64,000 bases of DNA from Nibricoccus sp. (GTDB taxonomy: Bacteria > Verrucomicrobiota > Verrucomicrobiia > Opitutales > Opitutaceae), in assembly GCA_047602425.1 (NCBI GenBank), contig JASGHG010000001.1, positions 1,760,001-1,824,000 on the forward strand, given 5' to 3'. Below the pieces are notes generated by a model. The model searched no databases and was not told the DNA's origin. It was given only the letters and a program-made list of their open reading frames with translations. A program made the position numbers and the translations under genes. Every line of letters begins with the position of its first letter. Position 1 is the first letter of the stretch. Of this stretch, positions 50,344 to 60,815 are shown one piece after another.

Positions 50344-50823
50344 ATGAAAAAAATCAACACCAGGGACATCGCTGAGGAACCGTGGGAAACACCCAAAGGA
50401 AAATTCGCCTGCGCAGACAAAAATATCTCCGTCGCACTCGGACGCGTTCCGACATCGACCGATCTAAATCTCCGCCAGCCCTTCGACGTCGAAATCTGCC
50501 GCGTGCCCGCCGGCAAAACGCTTTGCCCCTACCACTCCCACAGCGTCCAGTGGGAATTTTATCATGTCATCTCGGGCAACGGTCAGGTGCGCGACGACGC
50601 AGGACTGCACGCCATCGAAGCGGGCGACGCCTTTATCTTCCGTCCCGACGAACCCCACCAAGTCATCAACAACAGTGCCGGCGATTTGATCCTGTACATC
50701 GTCGCCGATAATCCGCTCGGCGAGACCTGTTACTGTCCGGACAGCCAAAAATGGCTCGTGCGCTCCCCCGAACGCCGCCTAATCCGCTCCGCCCTCCTCG
50801 ACTACCTCGACGGCGAGGAATAG
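50344..50823 (+). CDS. Cupin-domain protein
   Basis: PYHSHSVQWEFYHVISG, PHQVIN, PDSQK, DYLDGEE. Confidence 0.88.
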   Translation: MKKINTRDIAEEPWETPKGKFACADKNISVALGRVPTSTDLNLRQPFDVEICRVPAGKTLCPYHSHSVQWEFYHVISGNGQVRDDAGLHAIEAGDAFIFRPDEPHQVINNSAGDLILYIVADNPLGETCYCPDSQKWLVRSPERRLIRSALLDYLDGEE

Positions 50824-50978
50824 GAAGCGCCCCCCTTTTGCTTGCACAACCCAGCTCAAGCAACCAATTGAGCCACTCTTCCCAGGTTCTATAGATCCTC
50901 TCCGTCCCATCGGTCCCGCACTACCCGCCTATATTTTGTGCGGTTGTGCGTTTCGCTGTTGTATTAGAGTAAACACGC

Positions 50979-52517
50979 ATGATCGAAGACACCGAATTGC
51001 TGCGCCGCTATGTGGAAACCGGCTCCCAGGACGCGTTCGCCGAACTCGTCGAACGTCGCATCGGTTTGGTGTATTCGGTCGCCCTTCGCCGTACGGGCGC
51101 CGAGCACCACGCGCGAGAGGTCGCGCAATCTGTTTTCACCGATCTAGCGCGAAAAGCCGCCGCACTCTCGCGCCACACATCGCTGGTCGGATGGCTTTAC
51201 CGCAGCGCCTACTTCGCCGCCGCCACCCACATGCGCGCGGAAAAAAATCGCACCGCCCGCGAAACCGAGGCCCACACCATGAGCAATCTACTTGGCGCTG
51301 ACTCCCCCGAGGCCGACTGGGAAAAAATCCGCCCCGTGCTCGACGAGGTCCTGAGCGAACTCGACGAACGCGACCGCGAGGCCGTCCTGCTGCGTTTCTT
51401 CGACAACCGTCCGTTCGGCGAAATCGGCTCGCAGCTCAAGCTCGGCGAAAACGCCGCCCGCATGCGCGTCGATCGCGCCCTCGACAAGTTGCACGGGCTC
51501 TTCGCCCGCCGCGGCATCCGATCGACCTCCGCCGCCCTCGGTTTGCTCCTTGCCCAACAAGCCACCGCCGCCAGTGCTCCCGCCGGCCTCGCCACCACCA
51601 CCGCCGCCGTCGCCTCGGCCCACATGGCAACTGTTTCGGCCTTCACGAGTGCGGTCCAATTTATGGCCACCACCAAAACTGCCATCGCCCTTGCCGGTGT
51701 TGTCCTGATCGGCACCACCGGAGCTATTCTCACCAGCAACGGCGCCAACCGTTCGCTCGATGCCGACTTCGCCAATGCCCAGCGCGAGCACGACGCCCGC
51801 GCCGCCAAACTCGCAAACCTCCGCACACGGGTCGAGCAAGCCGAGGCCCCTGCCGTCAAAACAGAGGCCGACCTCGAAGCAGCCCGCGCCGCGCAGGCTG
51901 ACGAACTCAAACAACGACAGGAAGACATGAAGGCGCGTCTCGCCCAAGGCACTGCCTGGCTATCCCGCCATCCCGAGGTGAAGGACCTTGTCATTCGTGA
52001 AAAGAAAACGCGCCACGCCACCGTCTACAATCGCCTCTTCAAGGCGCTCGCCCTCACCCCGGCGCAGATCGACCGGTTCCTCGATCTGCAGTGCGTCGGC
52101 CTCGGCGGCGTTCTCACCACGCCCGACGGCCAACCGCTCATGTACGAGCTGGACCCTGGCGGCGATGTGAAAGCCGCCAAGGAGGAGTTGCGTGCGCTGC
52201 TAGGCGAGGACGGCTACAAAAAATACCGCGACTACGAGAGGTCGATGGCGGGCCTGCAAACCGTCACCCAACTCGGCGGCACACTCTCCGGCACCACCGA
52301 ACCTTTGACTAAACTCCAAGGCGAACGCCTGCTCGAAATCCTCGCGGCTAACAAAACCGTGAAGAACTGGACCGGCCGTCTTGAGTACGACTGGGAAACG
52401 ATCCTGCGCGACGCCCGCCCGGTTCTCTCGGAGCAGCAGCTGTCCTATTTGGAAGACCTGCGGGTGCAGGACGAATTCAGCCAGGCTCGCACCCGTTCCC
52501 GCAACCCCAACTTGTGA
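50979..52517 (+). CDS. ECF sigma-70 factor with long C-terminal extension (TM plus helical domain)
   Basis: AFAELVERR..VYSVALR, VFTDLARKA, GWLY, DREAVLLRFF, ENAARMRVDRAL; TM near residue 240. Confidence 0.9.
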   Translation: MIEDTELLRRYVETGSQDAFAELVERRIGLVYSVALRRTGAEHHAREVAQSVFTDLARKAAALSRHTSLVGWLYRSAYFAAATHMRAEKNRTARETEAHTMSNLLGADSPEADWEKIRPVLDEVLSELDERDREAVLLRFFDNRPFGEIGSQLKLGENAARMRVDRALDKLHGLFARRGIRSTSAALGLLLAQQATAASAPAGLATTTAAVASAHMATVSAFTSAVQFMATTKTAIALAGVVLIGTTGAILTSNGANRSLDADFANAQREHDARAAKLANLRTRVEQAEAPAVKTEADLEAARAAQADELKQRQEDMKARLAQGTAWLSRHPEVKDLVIREKKTRHATVYNRLFKALALTPAQIDRFLDLQCVGLGGVLTTPDGQPLMYELDPGGDVKAAKEELRALLGEDGYKKYRDYERSMAGLQTVTQLGGTLSGTTEPLTKLQGERLLEILAANKTVKNWTGRLEYDWETILRDARPVLSEQQLSYLEDLRVQDEFSQARTRSRNPNL

Positions 52518-52536
52518 GCCCAAGGCCTCGCCTCCC

Positions 52537-53466
52537 ATGCGCCAACTCTTCGGAAAATGCCTCCTGCTCGTTTCACTGACCGTTCTGGTCGCCACCGCCA
52601 TCTGGTGGTCGCGGGAATCAACCCGCCGCACCGCGCGGCGCGAGTCTTGGCAACGTCTGGTAAACGAAAACGCCGCGCTCGACACCGAAATCAAAGCGCT
52701 CGAACAACGCATCGCCCTCGCAAACCAGAAAAAGACCGAGGCGCAAAACGCCTTGGCCAAAGTCGAAGACCGCCGCAAAGCCCAAGCCACCCGGTCCATG
52801 TACCAGCTGATCGCCAACGATCCCGTCATGCAAAATCTGGAACTCAAACGACAGCGCGCCGCAACCCACACGGCATTCGCCCGCTTTTTTGAAGCCCGTG
52901 GTTTGCCGATGGCGCAGAGATCGGCTTTCATTGCCAACTACGCTGAATACGCCGAGCGCGACATGGATCTTATCATGGCTAAATCTACGGTCGGCTCAGG
53001 CGACGAGGCCGTAAAAACGCTCCAATCACAGGCCAAGGCCGCCTACGAAAAAAAGCAGCTCGACCTGCTTGGTGAAGAGAACTTCCGCGCCTGGCAGGAA
53101 TACGAGCGGAGAATCCCCGTCTATGATATCGTCGTGCATGGACTGGCCGGTGCCGCCGCGTTGGAAGGCTGCCCGATCACCACCGCTCAAACCGAACAAT
53201 TGATCACCGCCACAATCGCGGCGGGGAGCGATCGCGACAATCCGGACAGATACCTGGCGCTGAAGTCGGTCGATTGGAAAACGCTGGAGACCGCGGCCCG
53301 CGACATACTGACGCCCGAGCAGTTCACCCTCTTCACCACGCGCTCCCCCCTGAGCGGCTTCCGATCGCGCGCCCAATTCGAAATCGACGCCGTCCTCGCC
53401 AGCTCCCTAAAAACCGACCCCTTGATCCAACCTCCCGCGGAAGGCCGCAATGGCTCAGACAAGTAG
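52537..53466 (+). CDS. Membrane-anchored coiled-coil hypothetical protein homologous to the sigma C-terminal domain
   Basis: FARFFEARGL..LLGEENFRAWQEYERR..DW..L...ARDILTPEQ parallels the sigma C-terminus. Confidence 0.75.
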   Translation: MRQLFGKCLLLVSLTVLVATAIWWSRESTRRTARRESWQRLVNENAALDTEIKALEQRIALANQKKTEAQNALAKVEDRRKAQATRSMYQLIANDPVMQNLELKRQRAATHTAFARFFEARGLPMAQRSAFIANYAEYAERDMDLIMAKSTVGSGDEAVKTLQSQAKAAYEKKQLDLLGEENFRAWQEYERRIPVYDIVVHGLAGAAALEGCPITTAQTEQLITATIAAGSDRDNPDRYLALKSVDWKTLETAARDILTPEQFTLFTTRSPLSGFRSRAQFEIDAVLASSLKTDPLIQPPAEGRNGSDK

Positions 53467-53602
53467 AGTAAACCGGCAGCCACACAGTAGAGGATCACAA
53501 TGCCCGGCAGCACCGCGGAGATGGCGCTTCGAGATAATTTCTTGGAGCCTTCTGGGCAGCCCATGACCTCTCTCCCTCTGTTTTCTATTGGGTCCGGTAG
53601 GG

Positions 53603-53716
53603 TCATTTCTTCTTCCTGCACTCCAACCTCGCCTTCGTCATCCGCTCTCGCAATCCGCCCTCCTTCAGAAAATCCTGCTCCAGTCGCCTGATGTCCTGAT
53701 CCAGCAGGTAGTTCGC
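53603..53716 (-). pseudogene. 3' fragment of a four-helix-bundle-suffix domain gene
   Basis: Manual translation ANYLLDQDIRRLEQDFLKEGGLRERMTKARLECRKKK*, preceded by an in-frame TAG and no start. Confidence 0.7.
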
Positions 53717-53740
53717 CTAGACAACGGCACGAACGGCACC

Positions 53741-53800
53741 GAACCGAGCCAGTGAGGAAAAATTCCTCCCCGGAGAAAACTCCCGTGGTGTATCGGACAT
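53741..53800 (+). ncRNA. Candidate structured RNA (multibranch)
   Basis: CCGA/TCGG and CCA/TGG closing stems around the hairpins GAGGAA-aaa-TTCCTC and GGAG-aaaa-CTCC; followed by a terminator. Confidence 0.4.
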
Positions 53801-53813
53801 TGTTTAATGTGTG

Positions 53814-53846
53814 ACCCCGGCGCTCGAAAGAGCACCGGGGTTTTTT
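53814..53846 (+). terminator. Rho-independent terminator
   Basis: ACCCCGGCGCTC-GAAA-GAGCACCGGGGT-TTTTT. Confidence 0.8.
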
Positions 53847-54028
53847 ACTAGTCATACTCAGGTGCACCTAACATCCCACCACGCCCAATGCGGACTGGCA
53901 TGGCACTTTGCTCAGTTCGAGCCTGACCACTGCAGGAAAAGGGGACGCGAAATCCAATGCCACGGCCTTCAAAAAAAACCGCAGTATATGCCGCGGCGTA
54001 TCATGTTTGGCTTTGGAAAAGCCTGTCA

Positions 54029-54427
54029 TCAGTACCAATACACGGAAAAATAGCCTCCCCAATTACCAAACCAGCTGATCGAACTGCTGCTATAACTATA
54101 ACTACCATAACCACCTCCAAAGACATTCGCCTCGATCGAGATCTCACCCGTCAGATCATAGACAGCGACATACGAATTACCCCAAGTGAGCCACTGCCAG
54201 CTTATGCCTGAAGCCACGTAGGTAACTCCTGCCGGATCAGCTGAGAGAATAGGCTGCCCATCCTGATACAGGGTGAAACTGCCGTAAGTATAAGTATCGA
54301 ACATCATATCGATTGTTAGCGATGATACGCTGCCAATCGTAACGCGGTTTGACTGTGCGTGTAGAACCGTGGCACCAGCGAGGAATACGACGGCAAGCAG
54401 GGCCTTTATAGAAGCAGTTATTTTCAT
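54029..54427 (-). CDS. Small secreted hypothetical protein
   Basis: Signal peptide MKITASIKALLAVVFLAGATVLHA; Ser/Tyr/Trp-rich. Confidence 0.7.
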   Translation of the reverse strand: MKITASIKALLAVVFLAGATVLHAQSNRVTIGSVSSLTIDMMFDTYTYGSFTLYQDGQPILSADPAGVTYVASGISWQWLTWGNSYVAVYDLTGEISIEANVFGGGYGSYSYSSSSISWFGNWGGYFSVYWY

Positions 54428-54764
54428 ATGATATAACCTAGGTTGTTAATGTTAATTTTGAATCGGTCTCCGCCTTGAGCCAGCAAGGTAGAGCCTGCAC
54501 TAAAAATAGCGCCCGCGGCTCAATACTAAAGTCCGACGACTACCGCTCCCCGTCGATCAAGCTTCACGTCGTTGGTATTTCAGCTACCTGAGGTTTGTTG
54601 GGATGGACCGACAGTAGAATCGTATCAGTCGAGCCAGCCGGAAGAGAAAACTTGGCATAGTCTATTCGACTAAGGAACTGACTGCCTCGCCGGCATTGAG
54701 CTCACCGGATCGAACGTTCCGCCGAGGCGTCGCACTCCTCCAAATTAGCGATCATCAGCGAAAA

Positions 54765-55229
54765 TTAGCGGTTCCCTTTACCGCCAATCAGTTCGATTGG
54801 AAAAAGGTAACGCACCGGTTTCGTCTCCTCGCCTTCTCGCACGTTAAACTGAAAGGCCAGGTACGACTTTGGCAGGTCCTTGCCAAGGACGAGGAAGATC
54901 GACCGCTCTTTCGACGACTCGTTGCGCCGAACCGCCGTCACGGCATCCAACGAACCGGCATCGGCTAGAGCCAATTGCGCAGGATCGACGGTGGCACTGA
55001 GTACTACGCACTCCGTGTGATCGTATTCGCCGGGAGCTTTTTCCCGCTCGACCAGGCTGCCTACCTGAACGCTGGCCATCGGCGTGTCGTTGCGCAATCG
55101 CTCGACTGAAATGCCCAGCTTATGCAGTTCAGCCACAGATCGCACCACGGTCGTTTCTGCCGTCAGCGACGATACACCGATCAAGCTCAAGAAAACGGAC
55201 GCAAAGATAAGGAGGCGCGGCAAGAGCAT
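54765..55229 (-). CDS. Secreted hypothetical protein
   Basis: Signal peptide, 154 aa. Confidence 0.6.
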   Translation of the reverse strand: MLLPRLLIFASVFLSLIGVSSLTAETTVVRSVAELHKLGISVERLRNDTPMASVQVGSLVEREKAPGEYDHTECVVLSATVDPAQLALADAGSLDAVTAVRRNESSKERSIFLVLGKDLPKSYLAFQFNVREGEETKPVRYLFPIELIGGKGNR

Positions 55230-55545
55230 GGCCCACGATCAACAACGCCGACGGGTTCGTTGCAACGGGATAAACGGTTCGCATTTATGGCTGTTACTGA
55301 AAATCCGGCATCGCTGGAGGCGGTCGCCTTGCAGCCAGACAGGAATTTTCATGCATCGCCTTCTATTTCAACCATGCATGGAAGCAGCATTGCAAAACCG
55401 GAACTTCTCGCCAGAACCAGCGTCATTTATCTCACCTATGTCACTCCTGCCTGCCATCAGCGCACTGGTTTGGGTTGTTGGGTTAATACGCGCCTTGGGC
55501 GCCTGCTTCACCAGTCTTCGCTTCCGAAGACAAGGGCTGACGGCT

Positions 55546-56520
55546 ATGGCGCTCCTCCCGTGCGCGACGGTCGTCTTGTTGGCCGCCTCCGGCTGCACGT
55601 CGCTCAAGGTAATGACCGGCCAACGCATTCGGCTTTCCGAAACCCAAGTCTATCCACCACTCACCGCGGGACTCAGCCAGGTGGGCATCTGTCCGGGCGG
55701 TTACGCGTACATGATCGCGACGCTCAAAGGCCCCAATGGTGAAACGCTCCGAACCGAAGGTGCTGGACGTGGAAAAATTCTCTGGGAAGATCTTCGCGTC
55801 GCCAGCTCCGGCGTCGATGCCACCGATGACGGCCGCATTCACCTTTCGTCCGATCCTCGCGTGAGCGACGGCCAGACCCCGCACGTGGTCGTTACTGTAC
55901 AAAATCGTCCGGAGCTTCGCGCTGAGTTCGACGTGCCGATTTTCTACAACACTAAGTTTGCCGCCAATTTTTCCGGCCACCCGGGATTTTCCGGTCGCGA
56001 CGGCTGCAATGGCGCCGATGGTACAAACGGCCAGCCGGGGTCGTCCGATCCCCAACATCCGTCCCCGGGTGGAAACGGCTCAAACGGCACCAATGGCACC
56101 GATGGTGAAAACGGAGAGCCCGGCGGCGATGCCGCCTCGGTAATCGTCAAGGTGACCTTGAAGCCGGGATATCCTTTACTCCAAATCGTTGTTTCGGGCG
56201 GCGGTGTCGACCGATACTTTCTGGTAGATCCTCAGGGCGGCTCGCTCACCGTTTACGCCGACGGAGGCTCCGGTGGCGCCGGCGGTCGCGGTGGACGCGG
56301 CGGCACAGGAGGTTTGGGCGGCGCCGGACGACCCAACGGACGAAACGGCATGAACGGCACCAATGGGCGCGATGGCTTTAGCGCACCCGCGGGCAACGGC
56401 GGCGCGATCACCGTGATCTACGATCCCTCGGCTCAACCCTACCTCGGCACCATCCTGCTTTCGAGCCGCAATGGCCCGGCTCCCGTTTTCCAACAGGAAT
56501 CCCTCGGGCCACTGTGGTGA
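55546..56520 (+). CDS. Putative lipoprotein with Gly-rich/collagen-like repeats
   Basis: LLAASGC lipobox-like motif; GxDGxNG and GGAGGRGG repeats; start 55438 or 55546. Confidence 0.7.
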   Translation: MALLPCATVVLLAASGCTSLKVMTGQRIRLSETQVYPPLTAGLSQVGICPGGYAYMIATLKGPNGETLRTEGAGRGKILWEDLRVASSGVDATDDGRIHLSSDPRVSDGQTPHVVVTVQNRPELRAEFDVPIFYNTKFAANFSGHPGFSGRDGCNGADGTNGQPGSSDPQHPSPGGNGSNGTNGTDGENGEPGGDAASVIVKVTLKPGYPLLQIVVSGGGVDRYFLVDPQGGSLTVYADGGSGGAGGRGGRGGTGGLGGAGRPNGRNGMNGTNGRDGFSAPAGNGGAITVIYDPSAQPYLGTILLSSRNGPAPVFQQESLGPLW

Positions 56521-56546
56521 ACGCGGCAGTCATCCGTACCTCGCGG

Positions 56547-57224
56547 CTAACCTTTCGCTAGAATCTGACCAAGTGAGCGATTGTGAAAACGTGGAAGTGC
56601 GGTCAATGCCGCGACTGCGCCGAAAAGTGCCCACGCCATGTCCGTTTGTGTGTCCCACGCGTAGCCTTGCGTGCCGAGAAAATCGTCCGCCGCCGTACCC
56701 GTGGCCACCGCCGTCAGCCACTCGATCAGCTCGTAGAGCGCGCTGAAGGCGAGGCAAACACTGCCCACCAAAAAGCCCAACCAGCGACTGGGCCGCGGTT
56801 GGCCGGGATCGAACTTTCCTCCGTGTGCGGCGCCCAGCGGCGATGTCCTTAATAAAATCTCCCGCGTGAGAATTGCCGGAACGAAGCCCTGAGTGAAATG
56901 CCCGAGCTTATCGTAGTCGTTGCGCGCCCCGCCGGTCATATCGCGCAACCAATCGAACAAGGGCACGCGCGCGTACGTGTAGTGGCCGCCGACGAGCAAC
57001 ACCACAACGTGCAACCAGAGCAAAACCAACAGCAAGGTGGAAATTGGAAAACGCCTTTGAAGCACAATCATGAGCGGCACGCCGACGAGGGCGGGAGCGA
57101 CTTCCAGCCACCAAGTGAAACGATCATACGGTCCGACCCAAGACCAACCGACAATCGGAGCCAGCGATACCAGGAAGACGACGAGCCGTTTATCCATTTT
57201 TAAATTGGGATGCACCACGCTCAA
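56547..57224 (-). CDS. DUF2238/YjdF family membrane protein
   Basis: [44 protein letters not shown]; start may be 57197. Confidence 0.9.
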   Translation of the reverse strand: MSVVHPNLKMDKRLVVFLVSLAPIVGWSWVGPYDRFTWWLEVAPALVGVPLMIVLQRRFPISTLLLVLLWLHVVVLLVGGHYTYARVPLFDWLRDMTGGARNDYDKLGHFTQGFVPAILTREILLRTSPLGAAHGGKFDPGQPRPSRWLGFLVGSVCLAFSALYELIEWLTAVATGTAADDFLGTQGYAWDTQTDMAWALFGAVAALTALPRFHNRSLGQILAKG

Positions 57225-58351
57225 TCCCCAAGGCTCGTGCCCACCCGCCGGGCAGCGCGAATCCAGCCGTGATCGACCGGAACGGTTTTAATGCTTTTGG
57301 CGACCTTGGGAATCGGGACACCCACGAGGTCGTCGCCGCGGGCCGAAATCATCTGGCCGAATTTACCGGCGCGTATGAATTCGACCGCGGCCGTGCCCAG
57401 GCGCGTCGCCAGCAGACGGTCATGGCACGAAGGCGTGCCTCCGCGCTGTACATAACCGAGAATGGTCACCCTCGCCTCCAAGTCGGTGAGTTCCTCGAGT
57501 TGTTTGGCGAGGCGCATCGTGTGACCGGTACGGGCTTTGTCCCAGGCAGATAGTTCCTTTTTCGCAATTTTCAATTGCTCCTGTGTCCGGGCCTTGTCGC
57601 GACGAGCCAGCAGCCGTTGAAGTTGCTCGGCATCGATTTTGGGCATCGCACCCTCGGCCACCGCCACGATGCTGAAATTGAGTCCGCGCGCCGACCGGCG
57701 GCGAATGGCAGCGGCGACCTTTTCAACGTCATAGGCGATCTCGGGAACAAGGATGACATCCGCGCCTCCGGCGATGCCGGCACCGAGCGCGAGCCAGCCG
57801 GCGCGGTGTCCCATGATTTCCGCAATGATGATCCGATGGTGGCTGTGCGCAGTGCTGTGCAGGCGATCGAGCACGTCCGTCGCAATGCCAAGCGCAGTGT
57901 CGAAACCGATGGTGTCGTCCGTGTGCGCGACGTCGTTGTCGATGGTTTTTGGCAGCGACACAATCTTCAGCCCCTTCTCGACCAGGCGCGCGGCATTCTT
58001 GTGCGTACCGCCGCCGCCGATGCAGACGAGCGCGTCGAGTTTGTGACGTTTGTAGGTTTTAACGATTTCGGCAGTCATATCGCAACTGCCTCCGTCCTTC
58101 GTTGGCATGCGATGCGGTTTGTCGCGCGACGTGCCAAGCACGGTGCCGCCCAGCGTGAGCATCCCGACGAGACCGCGCTTATCGAGCCTCACGAAACGAT
58201 TTTCGATCATGCCAAGGAAACCGTCGCGAAACCCGATCAGCTCCCAGCCGTATTCGCCCACCGCGGCCTTGCCAACCGCCCGGATTGCCGCATTGAGCCC
58301 GGGACTGTCGCCTCCGGCGGTGAGAATTCCGATGCGCTTGATGCGTTTCAT
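57221..58351 (-). CDS. pfkA: 6-phosphofructokinase
   Basis: [46 protein letters not shown]. Confidence 0.93.
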   Translation of the reverse strand: MKRIKRIGILTAGGDSPGLNAAIRAVGKAAVGEYGWELIGFRDGFLGMIENRFVRLDKRGLVGMLTLGGTVLGTSRDKPHRMPTKDGGSCDMTAEIVKTYKRHKLDALVCIGGGGTHKNAARLVEKGLKIVSLPKTIDNDVAHTDDTIGFDTALGIATDVLDRLHSTAHSHHRIIIAEIMGHRAGWLALGAGIAGGADVILVPEIAYDVEKVAAAIRRRSARGLNFSIVAVAEGAMPKIDAEQLQRLLARRDKARTQEQLKIAKKELSAWDKARTGHTMRLAKQLEELTDLEARVTILGYVQRGGTPSCHDRLLATRLGTAAVEFIRAGKFGQMISARGDDLVGVPIPKVAKSIKTVPVDHGWIRAARRVGTSLGD

Positions 58352-58447
58352 GTTTTTTGAGGATTAAGCAGACCGGCTATTTCTTTGCTGCTTTTTACCC
58401 GTTCGGCAAACTGAACGATGTGACATTTCTGTGCCACAAAATTGCAG

Positions 58448-60604
58448 TTATAAATTAGTTTTCCCCAGGTTCACCGTTTGGACCCCGTCGCCATCCACCA
58501 CTTCGAGCACGACGTCTCGCGCAGGCGCGGGCCATTGGCCTTCACGCCCGGTTATATGTACCTCCATCCGGCCCTCCCGTTTCACCGCTTCATAAGTGGT
58601 CAGTCGATATTGACCACGTTGGTAGCCGAATCCATCGCCATCGTCTTCGTACAACCGTCCCATGGCGCGGCCTTTTTCATCCAGGCAAGCTAGCAACGTC
58701 ATTGGCTCCAGCGATTCCTGCGTGGTGTTTTGAACCACGCGACCCAGCGGCACCATCGCGCCGCCGCGCAAAAACAAACGCGCCTGATCCGGGTCTTTCT
58801 GATCGCCATCGACAAGCGTGATCTCACGCCAAGTGCCTTTGGGAAGATTCGGGTTGTTTGCCCAGGCCGGCACCACCAATAGATCCGGGCCGAGCAAAAA
58901 CGCATTTTCCTCCCGGCGCAGCGTGGCGTCAGCTGTATCGGCCATGAACACCGGCCGCATCACGGGTAGTCCGGTCATGCTCGCTTCGCGAAACAGCGTG
59001 TAAAGGTAAGGCAGCAGGCGATAGCGACGCTCCAACGCGAGCCGGGCCGTGCGCTCAACTTGCTCCCCGAAAGCCCAAGGCTCCTTGTCGTTGCCATCCT
59101 TAACCGCGTGACCGCGACAAAACGGAAAGAACACCCCGGCTCCCACCCACTGCGACCACAATTGGGGCGTGGCGTTTCCTACAAAACCGCCGAGATCCGG
59201 ACCGACAAAAGGCTGGCCCGAGAGACCGAGCGAAAGCGTCATCGGAACCGAAAGCTTCATATGCGCCGCGCTGGAAACGTTGTCGCCGGTCCAAGTGGCC
59301 GCGTAGCGCTGGCCTCCGAGAAAATTGGAGCGGGTAAGGACAAATGGCCGTTTGTCGGGCCGTGCCGCCGCGATGCCTTCGCGCGTCGCCCGAACCATCA
59401 ACATGCCATAAATATTATGATAGCGCAGGTGAGGACCCGGCGGAATCCCGCCACCACCACGATGGAGATTGTCCTCGGGCATGGTCTTCGAGGGCACATT
59501 GAAAACTGCCGGCTCGTTCATGTCGTTCCAAACACCGTCGATCCCCGTCCGAATAAAGTCACGATAGAGACCCGACCACCAGCTACGCGTTTCCGGCCGG
59601 GTAAAATCGGGAAATACGCAGGCGCCCGGCCAAACATCGCCCACGAAATCCGAACCCGCCGCAGTCTTCACCCAAACGTTGCGCGCCGAACCATCGTTAA
59701 ACAACTTATAGGTGCGGTCCACTTTTACGCCCGGATCGATCATCCAGACGCTTTTGAAGCCACGTTCATGCAGGTAGGCGTTGAGGCCGGCGGGATCTGG
59801 AAATCCCTTTTTTTCGAAAGTGAAGACGCGGAATCCATCCATGTAATCGATATCCATCCAGAGGACATCGCAGGGAATTTTTCGCTGGCGAAACTGATCG
59901 GCTATTTCCCGCACCCGCTGGTCAGGATAATACGACCAGCGGCATTGCTGATAGCCCAGCGCCCAGCGCGGTGGCAGCGGCATTTTCCCAGTGAGCTCTG
60001 CCAACGCCTGCAGCACACCCGCAGGCGAGCCTTTCTCTATCACCAAAACCGGGAAGGCCGGCCCTTCGCTCGTGAATATGATTTCATCGGCGCAAGCCAG
60101 CTCGGCTTTCCAGGTCGAATCGAAGATCACGCCATAGGCCGAACCATCCCTCCTCACACCAAGAATCCACGGATGCGATTGATACAACCGCCGTCCGCCG
60201 GCCGTCTCATAAGTATAGTTGTCGGTATTCCAAAGTTCTATCGCCGTGCCGTTGCGGCGCAGAGGTCCGGTCACTTCGCCGCTACCATAGAGGTCATCGT
60301 CCGCGCCAATCGCCACCTTGGCGCGACATCGTTTTTCCTCGCTGAAAAACGCCGGCGCCGTCCGCCAGCCTACTGGCAACGTTCCTCGGATTTTTGGAGC
60401 TTCCACCCAGGTTGGCGTGTAGGGCAGTTGCGCAGCGTCGAGTCCCGACGGCACAAACATCGCAATTCCCTCGTCCACCAATCCCTGGGTTCCGGTGGGC
60501 AATGGAGCGAACTCCGCCCGGCCGCTCCACAGACAGGGCGCAGCCAAAATCAGCCCCGCCAAAACCAACCGAAAGTACACCAATGGAGAATGCTTCATTT
60601 TCAT
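58448..60604 (-). CDS. Alpha-glucosidase, GH31
   Basis: LGYQQCRWSY, WMDIDYM, WNDMNEP, WTGDN; signal peptide. Confidence 0.95.
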   Translation of the reverse strand: MKMKHSPLVYFRLVLAGLILAAPCLWSGRAEFAPLPTGTQGLVDEGIAMFVPSGLDAAQLPYTPTWVEAPKIRGTLPVGWRTAPAFFSEEKRCRAKVAIGADDDLYGSGEVTGPLRRNGTAIELWNTDNYTYETAGGRRLYQSHPWILGVRRDGSAYGVIFDSTWKAELACADEIIFTSEGPAFPVLVIEKGSPAGVLQALAELTGKMPLPPRWALGYQQCRWSYYPDQRVREIADQFRQRKIPCDVLWMDIDYMDGFRVFTFEKKGFPDPAGLNAYLHERGFKSVWMIDPGVKVDRTYKLFNDGSARNVWVKTAAGSDFVGDVWPGACVFPDFTRPETRSWWSGLYRDFIRTGIDGVWNDMNEPAVFNVPSKTMPEDNLHRGGGGIPPGPHLRYHNIYGMLMVRATREGIAAARPDKRPFVLTRSNFLGGQRYAATWTGDNVSSAAHMKLSVPMTLSLGLSGQPFVGPDLGGFVGNATPQLWSQWVGAGVFFPFCRGHAVKDGNDKEPWAFGEQVERTARLALERRYRLLPYLYTLFREASMTGLPVMRPVFMADTADATLRREENAFLLGPDLLVVPAWANNPNLPKGTWREITLVDGDQKDPDQARLFLRGGAMVPLGRVVQNTTQESLEPMTLLACLDEKGRAMGRLYEDDGDGFGYQRGQYRLTTYEAVKREGRMEVHITGREGQWPAPARDVVLEVVDGDGVQTVNLGKTNL

Positions 60605-60815
60605 GATCTGTATCCAATTTTGACTTACGAGGTATCTCTAAAAATCATGCCCAATATTCGAACGGGCACAACGCCCAAACTCCCAAAGTCCGAGCTTCAT
60701 TTTAGCCTATATTGGGCACCGGCGCGATCGAGAGGTTTTGATTCACTTTTCCCGGATCTCTGCTAACCTTTTCATGTTCGACCAATCCGGCTCTACCCCG
60801 TTTTACTCCTCCAAG

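Noticed and set aside
50937..50965. Possible autoregulatory ECF promoter TGTGCGG-N16-TGTATT
   Set aside because: Plausible but single-copy in the window, with no consensus I can verify
53187..53867. 226-aa minus-strand ORF
   Set aside because: Crosses a real gene end, a pseudogene fragment in another frame and a terminator; composition not protein-like
53930..53985. GGGACGC-containing stretch resembling a c-di-GMP-I riboswitch
   Set aside because: Lacks the GCAAA/GNRA P2 stem and a convincing P1; no downstream same-strand gene
58419..58438. TGTGAC..GCCACA palindrome as a CRP-like site
   Set aside because: Spacing and second half-site do not fit TGTGA-N6-TCACA
59060..60766. 568-aa plus-strand ORF
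   Set aside because: Antisense shadow of the GH31 gene
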